This document shows, one piece after another, positions 52,345-62,747 of a stretch of 64,000 nucleotides of DNA (positions are counted from its first letter, which is position 1; each line of letters opens with the position of its first letter). The stretch covers positions 11,160,001-11,224,000 of the forward strand of contig NC_091977.1 of NCBI RefSeq assembly GCF_044704955.1. Direction: 5' to 3'. The translations under genes were made by a program, and so were the position numbers. The notes under the pieces are model-generated. The model ran no database searches. It worked only from the letters and a program-made list of their open reading frames with translations, and was not told the origin of the DNA. This DNA comes from Pristiophorus japonicus. Taxonomy: Eukaryota.

Positions 52345-52985
52345 AAGAAAGAGAGAACGTGCATTTATATAGCGTCTTTCTCCACCTCATGACATCCCAA
52401 AGCACTTTACAGTCAATAAAGTACTTTTGAAGTGTAGTCACTGCTGTAATGTAGGAAATACGGCAGACAATTTGCGCACAGCAAGCTCCCGCATACAGCA
52501 ATGTGATAATGACCAGATAATCTGTTTTAGTGATATTTCTTGAAAGCTAAGTATTGGCCCAGGACACGGGGAGAACTCCCCAACTCTTGTTTGAATAATG
52601 TTTGTTTGTCAGCCAGTGGTTCGGTTGTTAGCACTCTCGCCTCTGGATCAGAAGGTTGTGACTACAAGTTCCACTTTTGAGCACATAATGCAGGCTGAAA
52701 CTCCCAGTGCAGTACTGAGGGAGTGCTGCACTGTCGGAGGTGCAGTTTTTCCATATGAGACGCTTAACTGAGGCCCCATCTACACTCTAAGGTGGACCTA
52801 TGGCACTATATCCTATGACTTAACATTTCATCCGAACGATGGCAGCTCCGACAGTGCAGCACTCCCTCAGCACTGCACTGGGAGTGTCAGCCTGGATTTT
52901 GTGCTCAAGTCTTTGAAGAGGGACTTGAACCCGCAACCTTCTGACTCAGAGATGAGTGTGCTACCCACTGAGCCACAGCTGATAC
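52345..52985. mobile_element. tRNA-derived (Deu/SacSINE-like) SINEs: a minus-strand copy (~52345-52590 + ~52820-52985) with a plus-strand head (~52610-52790) inserted
   Basis: A/B-box-like head and core CTCCCAGTGCAGTACTGAGGGAGTGCTGCACTGTCGGAGG appear in both orientations; an L2-type tail lies on the minus strand. Confidence 0.7.
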
Positions 52986-53528
52986 ATATGATCAGACCTC
53001 ACCTTGAGTGCTGGCCATTGAGAGAGAAGAGAGCTATTCAAGTACTGGAGCTGGTGGGGAGGAGAGTCACTTGGCGGATCCCTACCCCAGTGTCAGGGTC
53101 TGAGTCCTGAGGAAAGACTGGTGAGATTTGGAATTTTCAGTCTGCAGAGGAGGAGACTGAGAGGTGACCAGGTGACCATGTAGAGGTTTGAAAGATCTTA
53201 AATGACGTAGAAAAATAAATCCGGAGTACTTACTTAAATCAAACTGTGCAAGTAGCACCAGCATCACGTGTTGAAAGCAGTGAAATGCAATGTTAGAACT
53301 GATATCGGGAGGTTCTCCTTCACGCAGAGAGTGAATGGGGGGCGGCATTTTGATCAGGGTGTGTGCTGTAGGGGAATATAAACAGCCTGTTTGGGGCAGC
53401 CCTGGAGAAATATGTCAGTGCAGTTTTTAAGCATTCATTCTATTGTAAAGTTGAAAATTACAAAACAAATTGAATCTAAAAATGATGCAGGTTGATCTGA
53501 CACATTCTGATGTCTGACCTTTCCTCAG

Positions 53529-53876
53529 CTGCTAGTGGAAATGACTCAGTGGTGAGAGGGACCGAGGGAGCTTCGGTTACATTGCCCTGTCTGTTCACAC
53601 CCAGCGACGACACCAACCCAACTGTTACATGGATGAGGAAGGAGCCCTACCAACACTTAGTCACATTTAGAGCCCAATCAAATGGGTCTTGGACAACTGT
53701 AAATGGTGGAAATCGGTACGAGCTCATCGGGAACCCAAAGGAGGGAAACGCTTCAACCAGGATAAAGCAGCTGAGCGTGAAGGACAACCACACTTACCTG
53801 TGTCTGGTGGAGCACAAGCCACGGAACAATTACATAAATCTGAGCCAGACTGAGACATGTCTGCAGCTCGTACATG
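53529..53876 (+). CDS. Siglec-15-like receptor exon 3: second V-set Ig domain (Arg absent)
   Basis: Acceptor CTTTCCTCAG|, donor G|GTAAGA, 348 nt, phase 1-1. EGASVTLPCLF...VTW...RYELIGNPKEGNAS.RIKQLSVKDNHTYLCLVE has V-set spacing and a DxxxYxC motif. Confidence 0.9.
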
Positions 53877-54094
53877 GTAAGAAACCATTCCTACATTCTC
53901 CAGTGTAAAGAGGTTTTCTGTGCACTTTTGATGTTTATTGTATTTCATGTAACTTGCACGTGCTGATTCTGTTAGATGCATTCTGACATTCAGTATTGAA
54001 AGACAATGAACTGAGTGTTAAGTGTGTGTCATTATACCTTCACCAAGGGAATGGGCAGGTTTGTGAACAGACTTCACAGGACCAGAAGCTTCAC

Positions 54095-55330
54095 AAGAAC
54101 ATGAGAATTAGGAGTAGGAGTAGGCCATGCGGCCCCTCGAGCCTGCTCCGACATTCAACAAGATCATTGGTGATCTCTGACCTCAACTCCCCGATCTCCA
54201 TTTCCCTTGATTCCCCTCGAGTCCAAAAATCTATCGATCTCAGCATTGAATATATTCAGAGACTCAGCATCCACAGCCTTCTGGGGCAAAGAATTCCAAA
54301 GGTTCACAACCCTCTGAGTGAAGAAATTCCTCCTCATCTCGGTCTTAAATGACCGACCCCTTATCCTGAGAATGTGCCCCCCGAGTTCTAAAGTCTTCAA
54401 CCAGGGGAAACAATCTCTCCGCATCTATGCTGTCAATCTCCCTCAGAATCTTCTATATTTCAATGAGATCACCTCTCATTCTTCTATACCCCAGAGAGTA
54501 GAGGCCCAATCTACTCAATCTCTCCTCATATTTCAACTTCCCCCTTCATCAGGTTAACAAGGCCATAAAAATGCTAACCAAGCGCTGGGGTTCATTTCTA
54601 GAAACACAGAAACATAGAAAATCAGTGCAGAAGTAGGCCATTCATCCCTTCAAGCCTGCACCACCATTCAATAAGATCATGGCTGATCATCACCTCAGTA
54701 CCCCTTTCTTGCTTTCTCTCCATACCCCTTGATCCCTTTAGCTGTAAGGGCCATATCTAACTCCCTCTTGAATATATCCAATGAACTGGCATCAACAACT
54801 CTCTGCAGTAGGGAATTCAACAGGTTAACAACTCTGAGTGAAGAAGTTTCTCCTCATCTCAGTCCTAAATGGCTTACCCGTTATCCGTAGACTATGTCCC
54901 CTGGTTCTGGACTTCCCCAACATCGGGAACATTGTTCCTGCATCGAACCTGTCCAGTCCTGTCAGAATTTTATATGTTTCTATGAGATCCCCTTTCATCC
55001 TTCTAAACTCTAGTCGATCCAGTCTCTCCTCATATGTCAGTCCTGCCATCCCGGGAATCAGTCTGGTGAACCTTCACTGCACTCCCTCAATAGCAAGCAC
55101 GTCCTTCCTCAGAATAGAATTGAAAAATAGTGACGTGTGTTAAACTTGTATCGAACATTGGTTAGACCCTACTTGGAGTACTGTGCACATTCTAGTCTCC
55201 ATATTATAAAAAGGCTGTAGAGGCACTGGAAAAGATGCAAAAAAGATTTACAAGGTTGATAAGAACATCAGAACATAAGAAATAGGAGCAGGAGTAGGCC
55301 TTTTGGCCACGCAAGCCTGCTCCGCCTTTC
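54095..55330. mobile_element. Cluster of CR1 fragments (minus 54095-54550, 54602-55112, 55262-55330; older plus fragment ~54555-54601/55113-55260)
   Basis: ORFs 54164..54424 and 54825..55049 (RNFFTQRVVNLWNSLP; YEERLDRL) and several CR1 tails. Confidence 0.8.
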
Positions 55331-56280
55331 CTCTCCCAGTATCTAGAGTACAACGGCAGTAGCTATGGGGATTGGCCGGGGGTGAAATCACATCGCCATC
55401 TTAGACACGGGAGTGGACCCCGAAGCACAAGGACTCCAGGTAATGGCACGCGATTATAGATACTGCGCATGCCCTCATTGCTTATTAGAGCAGTGTGTTT
55501 AGTCTGCCATCATTTTTGTGGTCAATATTGTTTCTGTCATAATGGAGGGCTCTTCAGTTCAACCTTGCTGTAGGTGGGGGACCATGATGTCGGTCTATTC
55601 CTGCTTGCTGGGTCAGTATTCATGCTAATTTTAACCTCTGTTGAGTCTGGACTGTGCCGGGCTGATAAAGAGTTCATCATTTTGAGAATAGCTTTGCACA
55701 GACATAGCCTTGAAATCAGATAGCATAATAAGGAACAATGATTCATACATGGGTTACTGGAAATAACATGCAAACGGCCAGCTGCACAGCCAAACATGAA
55801 ACCCCTGTATGTTTTCAAAGACCATGCAGTGTAACTGGTTGGTTTCAAAAGCTCTCACTCAGGGGTGGCCAATTATTTGGGCTGGAGGGCCACTTACTGC
55901 ACACGCAGTGTCTCTCCCAGCAGCAGGGGCTGGTGAGTGGCCTGCGGGGGTATCCTCGCAGATTGGTGTGTGGCCGCGCACCTTAAGGGGAACATTGGTG
56001 TGCGACCCTCGACAGCCCATCAAAACTTGTTAAGTGGCCTTCCAGCCCAAATAACTGCCCACCCCTGGGTTAGGTGAAGTAGGGTAGGAAGAGGCTCGTG
56101 TGGAGCACACACTCAGCGTGGGCCAAATGGCCTGTTTGTTCATTCAATGTAACCCTGCCACATGTCCCGTTGGAGAAGCAGTGGAACCTAAAGGCCCTCT
56201 GGGAACCAGAGCCTTCCACTTCTTTCCACGACAGACCCAAAAACAACTCCACACATCCCCCTGCACATAGTAAAGGAAAG

Positions 56281-56843
56281 AAAGAGCTTTCATTGATATA
56301 GCACCTCTCACATCCTCAGGATGTCCCAACATAGCCAATGAATTACTTTCGAAGTGCAGTAACATTTGTTATGGAGCCAAACGCAGCTGACAATTTCTGC
56401 TGGTTGAGGGATGAATGTTGGCCAGGACACCAGGAGAATTCCCTGCTCTTCTTCGACATGGGATCTTTTGCATCCACCCGACCAGGGAGTCGGGGGCTCG
56501 GTTTAACGTTCCATCCGAAAGACGGCACTTCTGGTAACGTAGCAGTCCCATTCAGTGCTGTATTCGAAGGTTCAGTCTCGATTACATGCTGAAATTATGT
56601 AATGGGGCTGATGGTGGCAAGAATGCCAACAACTGAGCCTGGTCGGGTGGATGCAAAAGATCTCATGTCGAAGGAGAGCAGGGAATTCTCCGGGTGTCCT
56701 GGCCAACATTCATCCCTCAACCAGCAGAAATTGTCAGCTGCGATTTGCTCCATAACAAATGTTACTGCACTTCGAAAGTAATTCATTGGCTATGTTGAGA
56801 CATCCTGAGGATGTAAGAGGTGCTATATCAATGAAAGCTCTTT
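56281..56843. repeat. SINE-derived long inverted repeat: 206-bp arms (56281-56486 / 56638-56843), 151-bp spacer
   Basis: Arms are reverse complements with few mismatches; mirrored ORFs 56338..56592(+) and 56595..56786(-) both start MNYFRSAVTFVME. Confidence 0.92.
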
Positions 56844-56917
56844 GGGGAGTGGCTCAAGGGTGAACACGTCCTGGGTGTGAGACATTGCATATTAACAGTG
56901 TTCGTGCTATTTTACAG

Positions 56918-57028
56918 AGAAGCCCTCTGACCCCACCAACAAAATGACGCCGATCATTGCACTGCTGCCGTTGCTGCTCATCCTCTTCATCCTCTTGATC
57001 CTCTTGATCATATGCAGGAAGAAAGGAG
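56918..57028 (+). CDS. Siglec-15-like receptor exon 4: stalk + transmembrane (EKPSDPTNKMTPIIALLPLLLILFILLILLIICRKKG)
   Basis: Acceptor TATTTTACAG|, donor G|GTGGGT, 111 nt, phase 1-1. A ~21-residue hydrophobic stretch followed by a CRKK stop-transfer sequence. Confidence 0.88.
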
Positions 57029-57299
57029 GTGGGTTCTGGATAGGATGAGGCCAAATAAAACAATACGTTTCTGTGTTTAAAGCAACAACATATGATTACC
57101 CTGGATTATGTTTCCCTCGACAATATTCTCCTCTTCCCCTCCTTTTCTGAAAGAACTGACTTTTCTTTTTGGGGTGTGTGGCCTGTTCCACAAGCAGCGG
57201 GCACCCTCTGGCACCTCAGCCAATTGGTTCTTTTTCAAGAGGAGCTTTTATGGCATCAGTCGGCTTTCAAGTGTCAGGGATTTCACAGCCAAGCTCACT

Positions 57300-57970
57300 C
57301 TATAGAACTGACATGGACCAAACTCCTTCCCATTCACTGTATAAAATCTCAATGGACTAAACCTCTTCCCATTCTTCCCCCACTGTATAGAATCCCAATA
57401 GGCCAAGCCTTTCCTACTCACTACCACTGTGTAGAATCCCAATGGGCCAAGCCTTTCCCACTCACTCCCATGCCTTGATCAGCCATGATCTTATTGAATG
57501 GCGGTGAAGGCTCGAAGGGCCGAATGGCCTACTCCTGCACCTATTTTCTATGTTTCTATGTTTCCATGTTTCACTCCCATTGTATAGAATCCCAATGGGC
57601 CAAGCCTTTGCCACTCACTCCCATTGTAGAGAATCCCAATGGGCCAAGCCTTTGCCACTCACTCCCATTGTAGAGAATCCCAATGGGCCAAGCCTTTGCC
57701 ACTCACTCCCATTGTAGAGAATCCCAATGGGCCAAGCCTTTGCCACTCACTCCCATTGTATAGAATCCCAATGGGCCAAGCCTTTGCCACTCACTCCCAT
57801 TGTAGAGAATCCCAATGGGCCATGCCTTTCTCACTCACTCCCATTGTAGAGAATCCCAATGGGCAAAGCCTTTGCCACTCACTCCCATTGTAGAGAATCC
57901 CAATGGGCCAAGCCTTTGCCACTCACTCCCATTGTAGAGAATCCCAATGGGCCATGCCTTTCTCACTCAA
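57300..57970. repeat. 44-bp tandem repeat interrupted by a CR1 3' tail (~57470-57570, plus strand)
   Basis: TGTAGAGAATCCCAATGGGCCAAGCCTTTGCCACTCACTCCCAT at 57625, 57669 and onward; TTTCTATG tail at ~57545-57570. Confidence 0.88.
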
Positions 57971-58079
57971 GCCCTCTTTGCACTGGCCGCTAATATTAGA
58001 GGGGCGAAGTGCCTTGTGCACGCTGCAGGCCTCAAACTCCCAAGTCCAATAATGTGGATCCCGATGATCTTGAAAATGT

Positions 58080-58416
58080 AAAGTTCTCATCCTTATGTTC
58101 AGATCCCTCGGTGGCCTCGCCCCTCCCTATCTCTGTAACCTCTCCAACTTTCCAAGATATCTGCGTTCCTCCATTTCTGGCCTCAGCCTCCAGCTGCCTA
58201 GGCCCCCAAGCTCTGGAACTCCCTCCCTAAACCTCTCCGCCTCGCTACCTCTCTCCTCCTTTCAGACACTCCTTAAAACCTACCTCTTTGACCAGGCTTT
58301 TGGTCACCTGTCCTAACATGGCTCCGTCAAATTTTTTCTGATGACGCTCCTGTGAAGCACCTTGGGACGTTTTATTACATTGATGGCGCTATATAATTAG
58401 AAGTTGTTGTTGTTGT
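58080..58416 (+). mobile_element. L2-type LINE 3' end
   Basis: CTCTGGAACTCCCTCCCT...CTTAAAACCTACCTCTTTGACC...GTGAAGCACCTTGGGACG...(GTT)n tail. Confidence 0.65.
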
Positions 58417-58704
58417 GGTGCTTAAGTGTATCCAGTGCCCATCATCGGATTAAAGGCAAGTGACATTGATAAAACAAGGAAAGCCTTCGCAACGTTGAGA
58501 CATACGGCCTCGGGTAAGAACAACAACCTTACAGTCTCATGACTAAGAACATTGTGTAATGAGTCTTATCGTAAGTGCTATCAGTGTAGCAGTCATCTTG
58601 CCTAAGTTCCCATAGGGTGACAGTTGCAACATCCTAAGACACGTTCATGTGCGTGAATGACACCTTGGAAAAAGATCTATGTAAACAAGTTGGCTTTTCT
58701 GGGA

Positions 58705-59185
58705 AAATTAGGAGAATGGTTCCAGGTATACGGCTCTTCAGTTATGTGGAGAGATTGGAGAAGCTGGGGTTTTTCTCCTTGGAGCAGGGGAGGTTAAGGG
58801 GAGATTTAACAGAGGCTTTCAAAATCATGAAGGGTTTTGATAGAGTGACTAAGGAGAAACTGTTAGAACTGGCAGAAGGGTCGCTAACCAGAGGGCACAG
58901 ACTTAAGGTAATTGACAAAAGAGCCAGAGGTGACCTGAGGAGAATTTGTTTTACGCAGCAAGTTGCTGTGATCGGAACGCGCTGCCTGAAAGACGGTGGG
59001 AGCAGATTCGATAATAACTTTCGAAAGGGAATTGGATAAATACTTGAAAAGAAAACATTTACAGGTTTATGGGGAAAGAGCAGAAGAGTGGGACTAATAT
59101 CGGATCGATCTTTCAAAGGGCCGGCACAGGCACGATGGGCCAAATGGCCTCCTTCTGTGCGGTATAATCCTCTGATTCTTCTGAA
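58705..59185 (+). mobile_element. CR1 3' fragment
   Basis: RMVPG..FSYVERLEKLGFFSLEQGRLRGDL..TRGHRLK, followed by 3'UTR. Confidence 0.8.
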
Positions 59186-59689
59186 CTGAACAATGAAAGA
59201 TGAACAAGTGTTTTCAGAGGAAGGGGAGTGAGCAAGAACAATACAAAAGCACAGACTAAGAGAGAAGTAGTAGAGGATCGATTTCTGTGGCAGTAAGAGT
59301 AACATTGCTTTTCACTCGGTGTTGGATGGGGTTCCTGCTGCTGGTTTGGTCATTGAGTGATATTGGACTGGGCTATGTTGGGCAGTCTTCAGCAAGAGAA
59401 TTTAGGTACCGTATATAAAACCTGAGACGTTTCCCAATCTAATTCTGCCTTGTGTATATATTGATGAAAGGGGATGGTTTCGCCTGTTACACTTCCACTA
59501 ATAGAGGCTACATATTACAGTTGTCAATACAATATTATCGACACGCTAATGGCAATGTGGAGGAATTAGCGTGCATTTCACACCCACTCCATTGTATAGA
59601 ATTCTAATGCGCTATGTTTTTCACATTCACTTTTGGTACCTAGAATGATATGTACATTGGCTATGGAAGGAGATTAAATTGGTAGGTAG

Positions 59690-60226
59690 AGAGTACATGG
59701 GCTGTGGGAGGGGATTAAATGGATGGGTAGTCAGTGATAGGGGAGCGTGTACATGGGCTGTGGGAGGGGATTAAATAGGTGGGTAGTGTCAGTGATAGTG
59801 GAGTGTGTACATGGGCTGTGGGAGGGGATTAAATGGGTGGGTAGTGTCTGTGATAGGGGAGTGTGTACATGGTCTGTGGGAGGGGATTAAATGGGTGGGC
59901 AGGGTCAGTGATAGGGGAGTGTGTACATGGGCTATGGGAGGGGATTAAATGGGTGGGTAGGGTCAGTGATAGGGGAGTGTGTACATGGGCTGTGGGAGGG
60001 GATTAAATGGATGGGTAGTGTCAGTGATAGGGGAGTGTATACATGGTCTGTGGGAGGGGATTAAATGGGTGGGTAGTGTCAGTGATAGGGGAGTGTGTAC
60101 ATGGGCTGTGGGAGGGGATTAAATGGGTGGGTAGTGTCAGTGATAGGGGACTGTGTACATGGGCTGTGGGAGGGGATTAAATGGGTGGGCATAGTCAGTG
60201 ATAGGGGAGTGTGTACATGGGCTGTG
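59690..60226. repeat. 56-58 bp G-rich tandem repeat (~9.5 copies) with G3 quadruplex motifs on the sense strand
   Basis: TACATGGGCTGTGGGAGGGGATTAAATGGGTGGGTAGTGTCAGTGATAGGGGAGTGTG units. Confidence 0.9.
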
Positions 60227-60321
60227 GCATTGATTACCATATTTTTCCTGCTCTTTCCAATGCACCCGGTGAGGATTTCAGTTATTAAACTAAATATTTA
60301 CTAATCGTTTTATCTCTTCAG

Positions 60322-60361
60322 GGTGTTCGTGGCTAATGGGGTGCACCAGATGTACAAAAAG
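60322..60361 (+). CDS. Siglec-15-like receptor exon 5 (cytoplasmic, GCSWLMGCTRCTKR)
   Basis: Branch point TACTAAT (~60299-60305), acceptor TCTCTTCAG|, donor AG|GTAGGA. 40 nt, phase 1 in and phase 2 out, which fits exon 6. Confidence 0.6.
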
Positions 60362-60904
60362 GTAGGATAGTTGGCTATGAATACATGCGGGGTCACCGAG
60401 TTGCTCTGCTCCAGGGCTGCATTGACCACCCCTTGCTCACAGGTCGAGTGCAGCATGCTGGCGATGTTTAGCTGCTCACATGGTTTATCTGCTGCTCCCT
60501 GGTCACTCGCTGCGGGGAAGTGATGTAAATAGCCCCCGGGGTGAATCACAGGTTCATTGTTACTGAGTAAATATTGCCGGTTGCCAGACGGGTTGTAAAT
60601 CCCTGACTCCAGATCCACCAGCAAGCTTCCTTCGACAAATTACCCCGCACTTCACCGAGTGAGCAATGGCCGTCTTGCTCCTTGTTAATACTTTGGGCAC
60701 TTTGAGATGTAATGAAAGCTTGCTGAATGCTCACTTGGAATGAATGAGTATAATATGGAAGTATCTTGCTTTATGTTAATCGTCTTGGATCCCATTATTT
60801 TCCCCGACCACCCCCCCCCCCCCCCCCCCCCCAAGGAGCTGAATTTCCATTGGGAGGGGAGAGGGCCCCCTGATCGTCCACCATTTTCCAGGGTTAGTCT
60901 GTGC

Positions 60905-61226
60905 GTTGACAAGCTATTCAACTGTTCATTGGCAAGCTATTCAACTGTGGTAATCCCAGACTGTGCATTGTCAAGCTATTCAACTGTGGTAATCCCAGAC
61001 TGTGCATTGGCAAGCTATTCAACTGTGGTAATCCCAGACTGTGCATTGGCAAGCTATTCAACTGTGGTAATCCCAGACTGTGCATTGGCAAGCTATTCAA
61101 CTGTGGTAATCCCACACTGTGCATTGTCAAGCTATTCAACTGTGGTAATCCCAGACTGTGCATTGGCAAGCTATTCAACTGTGGTAAGCCTAGACTGCAT
61201 TGTCAAGCTATTCAACTGTGGTAAGC
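60905..61226. repeat. 39-bp tandem repeat (~7.5 copies)
   Basis: CAAGCTATTCAACTGTGGTAATCCCAGACTGTGCATTGG units. Confidence 0.92.
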
Positions 61227-61418
61227 CTGAGCCCACATCCGCACATGTGCTCTTTCTAGTCGGGGTCGATCGATTAACGCTGTTAATTGCCCTCGGAAAT
61301 CTGTTCGCTGTATAACGTGAGCAGGAAGTTGATATGTACACATACTTTCTCACATTACTGTCACCTTGGATTATGCCGTTCGCTTTCTCTGAATATTTCT
61401 GTTCCGTGTTTTGTTTAG

Positions 61419-61480
61419 GGATGACCCGGGTCCATCCAGCATCGCTGGGACCAATCCTTGCCGCCGGCTGTCAGCACCAG
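61419..61480 (+). CDS. Siglec-15-like receptor exon 6 (cytoplasmic, DDPGPSSIAGTNPCRRLSAP)
   Basis: Long pyrimidine tract and TTTAG| acceptor, donor CAG|GTAACG, 62 nt, phase 2-1 with an open frame. Confidence 0.6.
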
Positions 61481-61589
61481 GTAACGTCTGCACTCGAACT
61501 CACTGATCAAATGCCTTTCAGTGTGCCAGGGAGAGCTGCAAGAGTATCTACAAATAGGAAATACAGGACAGATATTCAGGGGTAGGCTC

Positions 61590-62182
61590 TCACCTTCACT
61601 GCCTGGGTGATCACTGATGGGACGGACTGACTGCCCCTTAAAAGAACCCGTTCGAGTTTGATTCTACTGAAACTCTTTTAGGAGTAAACAAAAAACATTA
61701 AACCGTGCCCCCCCCGATCTGGGGGAAACACCAACATTTACAAGGCCCTTTTTTTATTTTTTTGGTCTTTTTTTTTGGGCACAGAATCAAATTTTTTTCC
61801 AAGTGCCCCCTATAAAAGGGGAGGGGGACACTAAAAGCACCGGCAATTAAAACAAATTAACTTAAAAACATAAAATCAAATTAAAATTTGGTTGCCGGGC
61901 GTGATGATGCACTCCAGTCCCTCCGGTGCCCACCTCTCGCGGAAGGCCGCGAGCGTACCGGTGGACACCGCGTGCTCCATCTCCAAGGACACCCTGGACC
62001 GGATGTATGCACGGAAGAGAGGCAGGCAGTCTGACTGAACGACCCCCTCGACCGCCCGCTGCCTGGACCGGCTGATGGCCCCCTTGTTGATTCTACTGAA
62101 ATCAGGGGAATGAAAATCAGGTGGGTTCTCTCATGGCCGGGTGATCTGACTCACTAGATTATTACCCAGGCAGTGAAGGTGA
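61590..62182. mobile_element. Palindromic MITE-like element split by a Tx1 insertion
   Basis: CACCTTCACTGCCTGGGTGAT (~61591) is the near reverse complement of ATTACCCAGGCAGTGAAGGTG (~62161); further imperfect complementarity lies inside. Confidence 0.55.
61673..62086 (-). mobile_element. Tx1-clade LINE 3' fragment with 15-bp TSD
   Basis: TTGATTCTACTGAAA at 61658-61672 and 62087-62101. Minus strand encodes AISRSRQRAVEGVVQSDCLPLFRAYIRSRVSLEMEHAVSTGTLAAFRERWAPEG. Confidence 0.75.
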
Positions 62183-62470
62183 ACATTGCTCCATGCATTC
62201 GCTGGCTCTGGATGGTTTCACAGACTATGACCATTACCTGAATCCCCGGCTGAATTACTAGCTGAAACTCTCTCGTAGGTGTCTGCTCTCATTCGTGATC
62301 AGCCTGCATGTAGAGCTCAGCAGCTTCTGCACAGGGTAGGGAGGAGAGATCAGTTGGCTGTCAGTCGCCCCCAGTGGGGACTGGCAGGGAGTGAGGGGTG
62401 GTGGGGGGAGTAAAACAGCATTAAACCGAGGCTCATCGCCCATCTCCCGCTCTAACGCTTTCTTCCTCAG

Positions 62471-62532
62471 GATCTGAGAGCTGGGGAGCTCCCCCTCCCC
62501 CTCAGTCTTCCCTTCCTTCCACAGGTTTATGA
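62471..62532 (+). CDS. Possible exon 7 of the receptor (GSESWGAPPPPQSSLPST..., either spliced at 62524 or ending GL*)
   Basis: CTAAC branch point and TTCTTCCTCAG| acceptor with an open phase-1 frame. The donor is weak and the 3' structure is unresolved. Confidence 0.3.
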
Positions 62533-62747
62533 ACCCCACGTGTGGAGTCGCCCAAATGTTACACCTCGATTCACTTCAGTTTTTACAGAGGGTGAGAGTG
62601 GTTCTGCAGGGACAGGGTAAAGAACCACTCCTGGAGGGAAACCTTCAAAACTGCGCTGTGCTTAAAAAGGTTCACAGGGTTTTTGGATGCACCAAAATCG
62701 AAGATATTGGAGGCACTAATTGTTTTACAAAAATATCACCATTCCTT

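Noticed and set aside
50715-57028. Assigning the symbol SIGLEC15, or calling it an antigen-receptor V segment
   Set aside because: The V-V architecture and missing TM Lys differ from the orthologue, and synteny is unknown. The V exons end in splice donors, not recombination signal sequences.
60740-61315. 191-aa ORF with poly-Pro and ASYSTVVIPDCAL repeats (ITIM-like SYSTV)
   Set aside because: It derives from a poly-C run and a 39-bp minisatellite inside predicted intron 5, and no convincing splice sites frame it. Revisit only if RNA-seq covers it.
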